Assembly: GCA_037379345.1 (NCBI GenBank)
Contig: CM074514.1
Span: 50,096,001-50,160,000 of the forward strand
Origin: Perna viridis
Lineage: Eukaryota
Length of the DNA stretch: 64,000 nt
Direction: 5' to 3'
Position 1 is the stretch's first letter; every line of letters starts with the position of its first letter. The notes beneath the pieces are model-generated. The model did not search any database. It was given only the letters and a program-made list of their open reading frames with translations, and had not been told where the DNA came from. Of this stretch, positions 60,975 to 64,000 are shown piece after piece. Both the position numbers and the translations under genes were made by a program.

Positions 60975-63720
60975 AGCAGCCCATGTCACAATCAATTATG
61001 TATGGCCAATCTACCCAAGTCTACCCCTTCTTTTGCCTTGCGGATTCCACTCTCGAGAGTGATGTTTCTATCTGAGTGTCTTAGTATGTGGCCTATCCAT
61101 CTCCATTTATGCCTCTTTATGGTGCCAGTAATGGGTGTTTGGTTGGTATGCTTCCATAGCTCTGGTAATTTATAAGGCCATTTGATTTGTAGAATCTGTC
61201 TGAGGCATTTGTTTACGAAGACCTGTTGGTCATGTTTGCTTTTCTTCGTCTGTTTCCAAGTCTCGTATATTCTGAGTTTTGTTTTGAGGCTGATATATCT
61301 CCTCCAGATTGGTCTTAGGGTTACAAAAACTTGTCTAGCTTTTCGAAGTCATTCCTTGATATCCTCATCGGCGACTATTCTTTGAAACGACACTGCCAAG
61401 GTAGGTGAAGTTGTTAACGTCTTAAATGGAATCACCATTTAGCATGGTGGCTAATGTGTTATGTGTGTTAACACTGAATGATTTTGTTTTATTTGTGTTT
61501 CTCTCTAGACAAGTTGATTTGGCTGTTTCGAACGAACAAGGCCGATGTCGTCAGTTGTAAGTGCTGGAATTGGTGGGATGGAAGGCACACATCATCTGCA
61601 AAGTTAGGGTCGTCTAGCTTTGTAGTGAATGACCATTGGGTACCTCTAGGTAGTGACAGCAGTGTTCTCATAATTCAGTCTATGGCTACAGAGAAGATAA
61701 GGGGTGACAGGAGACAACCTTGGCATACTCCTGTATGTACACTGAAGGATGGTGAGAGTGTGGAATTGTGGATGATTTGGCATTTGGTGTTTTTGTAGAG
61801 TCCTTGGATAATCCTTACTATTTGACAGGGATTCCATAGTGTCCTAGTGCATATAAAGTGTATTTCTATCAACCTTGTCGGCCTTTTTGAAGTCCACGAA
61901 GTTGATGTAGAGGGATGATTACTATTCTATGAGATATGCAATTTGGTCAGTACATGATCGACTGCATCGTAATCCTGCTTGCTCATCACGGAGGTTTGTA
62001 TCTATTGCTGCCTTTATTCTTTCCATAATTACTCTTGCTAGGACTTACTTGGAAGTGTAGCTGAATTCCTCTCCAGTTTTTGGCAGTTGCTCAGGTCGCC
62101 CTTTTTTGGATGCTTAATGATGTAACCAGAACTCCACTGCTCAGGGCATTCCAGTTTCCCAGATGTTGTCAAACAGCTCATGCTCCGCCACAAAAGTCTA
62201 AATTGCCCAACCCTACCCACCTATCCCAATTTCAAGTGGCAATAAAAAATTGTCGACCCCATTATCCTTGTATCATGTTCCATTTTTCATTTCAGCATCA
62301 TTTTTCATCTATTTTATGTTCATCGTCTGGATATAGCTGAAATATTGCTGCTCGGTCGTTAACACCAACAAACGCTCTATGAATCAAGATGCTGTAGGTG
62401 AATTCTGGGTTGATACAGTTTTTTATGATTTCATCCTTCGTGATTGCGCCAATGTCAACATCAAGTTCTTCTCCAGGAGGTAGATCAAGAGCATCTGGTA
62501 TATCTTCTCCACTTAAAAGTGGACCATCTAGGTTTTTATCACATTGCCATCTTTGTCATGTGATATTGTACGCGGTCTTGGTGTCCTTTCTGGCCATTGC
62601 ATTCTTTGCTTTTGAAGCATGTTCATTGATGTAGGTTCTTTTATCCTGTTTGGTCTTTCTCTTTACTTCTTTCCTGATGATTATGTGTTACCGCGTCAAC
62701 TATTTCTTCTTCGATCATGTCTTGACTTGGTCAAGTTGTATCTTAACAGACCTACACTTCTTAGTTGTCTCGATTGTATCGTAAGGTAACCATATCTTGT
62801 ATTCCTTCTTTGAAAATCCAAGTTCTTCATGGCATGTGGTGTTAAATATGGATTTTACTTTCTCTTGTTTACTGCGCCCCTTCCTTATGCTGTGCTTTCT
62901 GCTTCTAATTTGATATTGTCTATTTGCCCTGACTATCTTGATCTTAAATTTAGCCACCACAAGTTGATGATCGGATGCTGTATCAGCACCTCGATAAGCT
63001 CTAACGTCTGTCATGCAATTTCCATCTTCTGGAGACTGTAATGTGATCTATCTGGTTTCTAGTTTTCGTGTCTGGAGATACCCACCCTGGTTGTTTATAT
63101 CCTTATGAGGGAATGTTGTTCTTCCTATGACCAGATCGTTGTGGGAGCATAAATCTGCAAAGAGTTCTCCATTTTCGTTTAATTGATTGTTACCAATTCC
63201 TTCCTTCCCCATGATGAGTTCTCTCCCTGTATTATCTTTTCCAACTTCGGTCAGTCATGTCACCTATTACAATCAAGACGTCCCGTGGTGTTCTATCTAG
63301 GGTAGCTTGGAGTTGGTTGTAAAACTTCTCTTTATCTTCTTTCTCTGCAATGTTGGTAGGAGTTTAGCCTTGAATGACTTTTAATTTTTATATCTTTGAC
63401 ATAAATCTTGCCACGACAATTCTTTCACTCATAGGATTTCATTCGATGACTGATGATTTGGCCTTCTTGTTGAGTTAGATTCATACCATCCTCGTTAGGT
63501 GGTCTACAGTGCAGTAGAGTTTGCCCTCAAGATAGTATGACCGCTCCAGATGATTCCATCTAACTTCGTTCCAAGGTTGAAGCACTCCATTTCTCTTGCA
63601 GCGTGGGCAGCTTTTCCGGTTTGATATAATGTCCGCACGTTCCAGCTCGCAATCCTTGAGGCGGTCGATTAAGGGAAAAAAAGTTTCATCGGGATATATC
63701 AGGGCTACAGACTGTCCCCA
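60975..63720 (-). mobile_element. Decayed RTE-clade LINE (APE endonuclease + RT), near full length
   Basis: RIASWNVRTLYQTGK; NENGELFADLC..NDLVIG.T.FPHK; NQIDHI; DVRAYRGADTASDHQLV; LRDEQAG.R..RSCTDQI; NFVDFKKA; GVCQGCLLSPLIF; FADDVCL; RWIGHILR. Multiple stops and frameshifts. Confidence 0.9.
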
Positions 63721-64000
63721 TTGCACATCATATATGTATATATCATTTGTTACATACTTCTTTATACATACTTTTACATGAATGGCTGTTTATGATACAT
63801 TCACTATATGTACATGGGGTTCCTGTCATCCCCTTTCTGTTTTTTTTTCTATTTTATTTTTTCCTAAACTTTTTGTAATGAAAAACAGAATACAACATTA
63901 TTTTTTTTACCAATTTGGAACTCCATTTATTTTTTTCTTGCCACAGCAAAAATATTTATTTTTGTTTTTCTTCAAAGTGAAATTAATATTTTTTCAAAAA

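Noticed and set aside
63481-63726. 81-aa ORF as an independent gene
   Set aside because: An alternative frame of the decayed LINE endonuclease N-terminus (WNVRTL in another frame).

Overview
AT-rich eukaryotic genomic DNA with many GT-AG introns. The repeat families and gene content suggest a bivalve mollusc (inference). The window holds: (i) the first coding exon (CARD domain) of a DLG5 orthologue on the minus strand, whose long first intron appears to run off the left edge; (ii) a divergently transcribed, complete WDR90 gene on the plus strand (42 coding exons read by eye, about 15100-47404, phases consistent, about 1889 aa, N-terminal CFA20/DUF667 domain plus WD40 clusters); (iii) a disrupted, intronless B-box/coiled-coil/NHL (TRIM-like) gene on the minus strand; and (iv) a transposon-rich right end with Penelope-like RT fragments, a decayed Ty3/Gypsy element and a near full-length decayed RTE-type LINE. 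Introns carry many MITEs, SINE fragments, Helentron-like elements and minisatellites. Most notable: a minimal type I hammerhead ribozyme inside a ~400-nt retrozyme-like insertion that splits the Gypsy gag; tandem duplications straddling five WDR90 exon edges or the stop codon; strong enrichment of TACATGTA; and an extra zinc-finger ORF after the Gypsy pol. All coordinates were read by eye without tools, so repeat boundaries are approximate.
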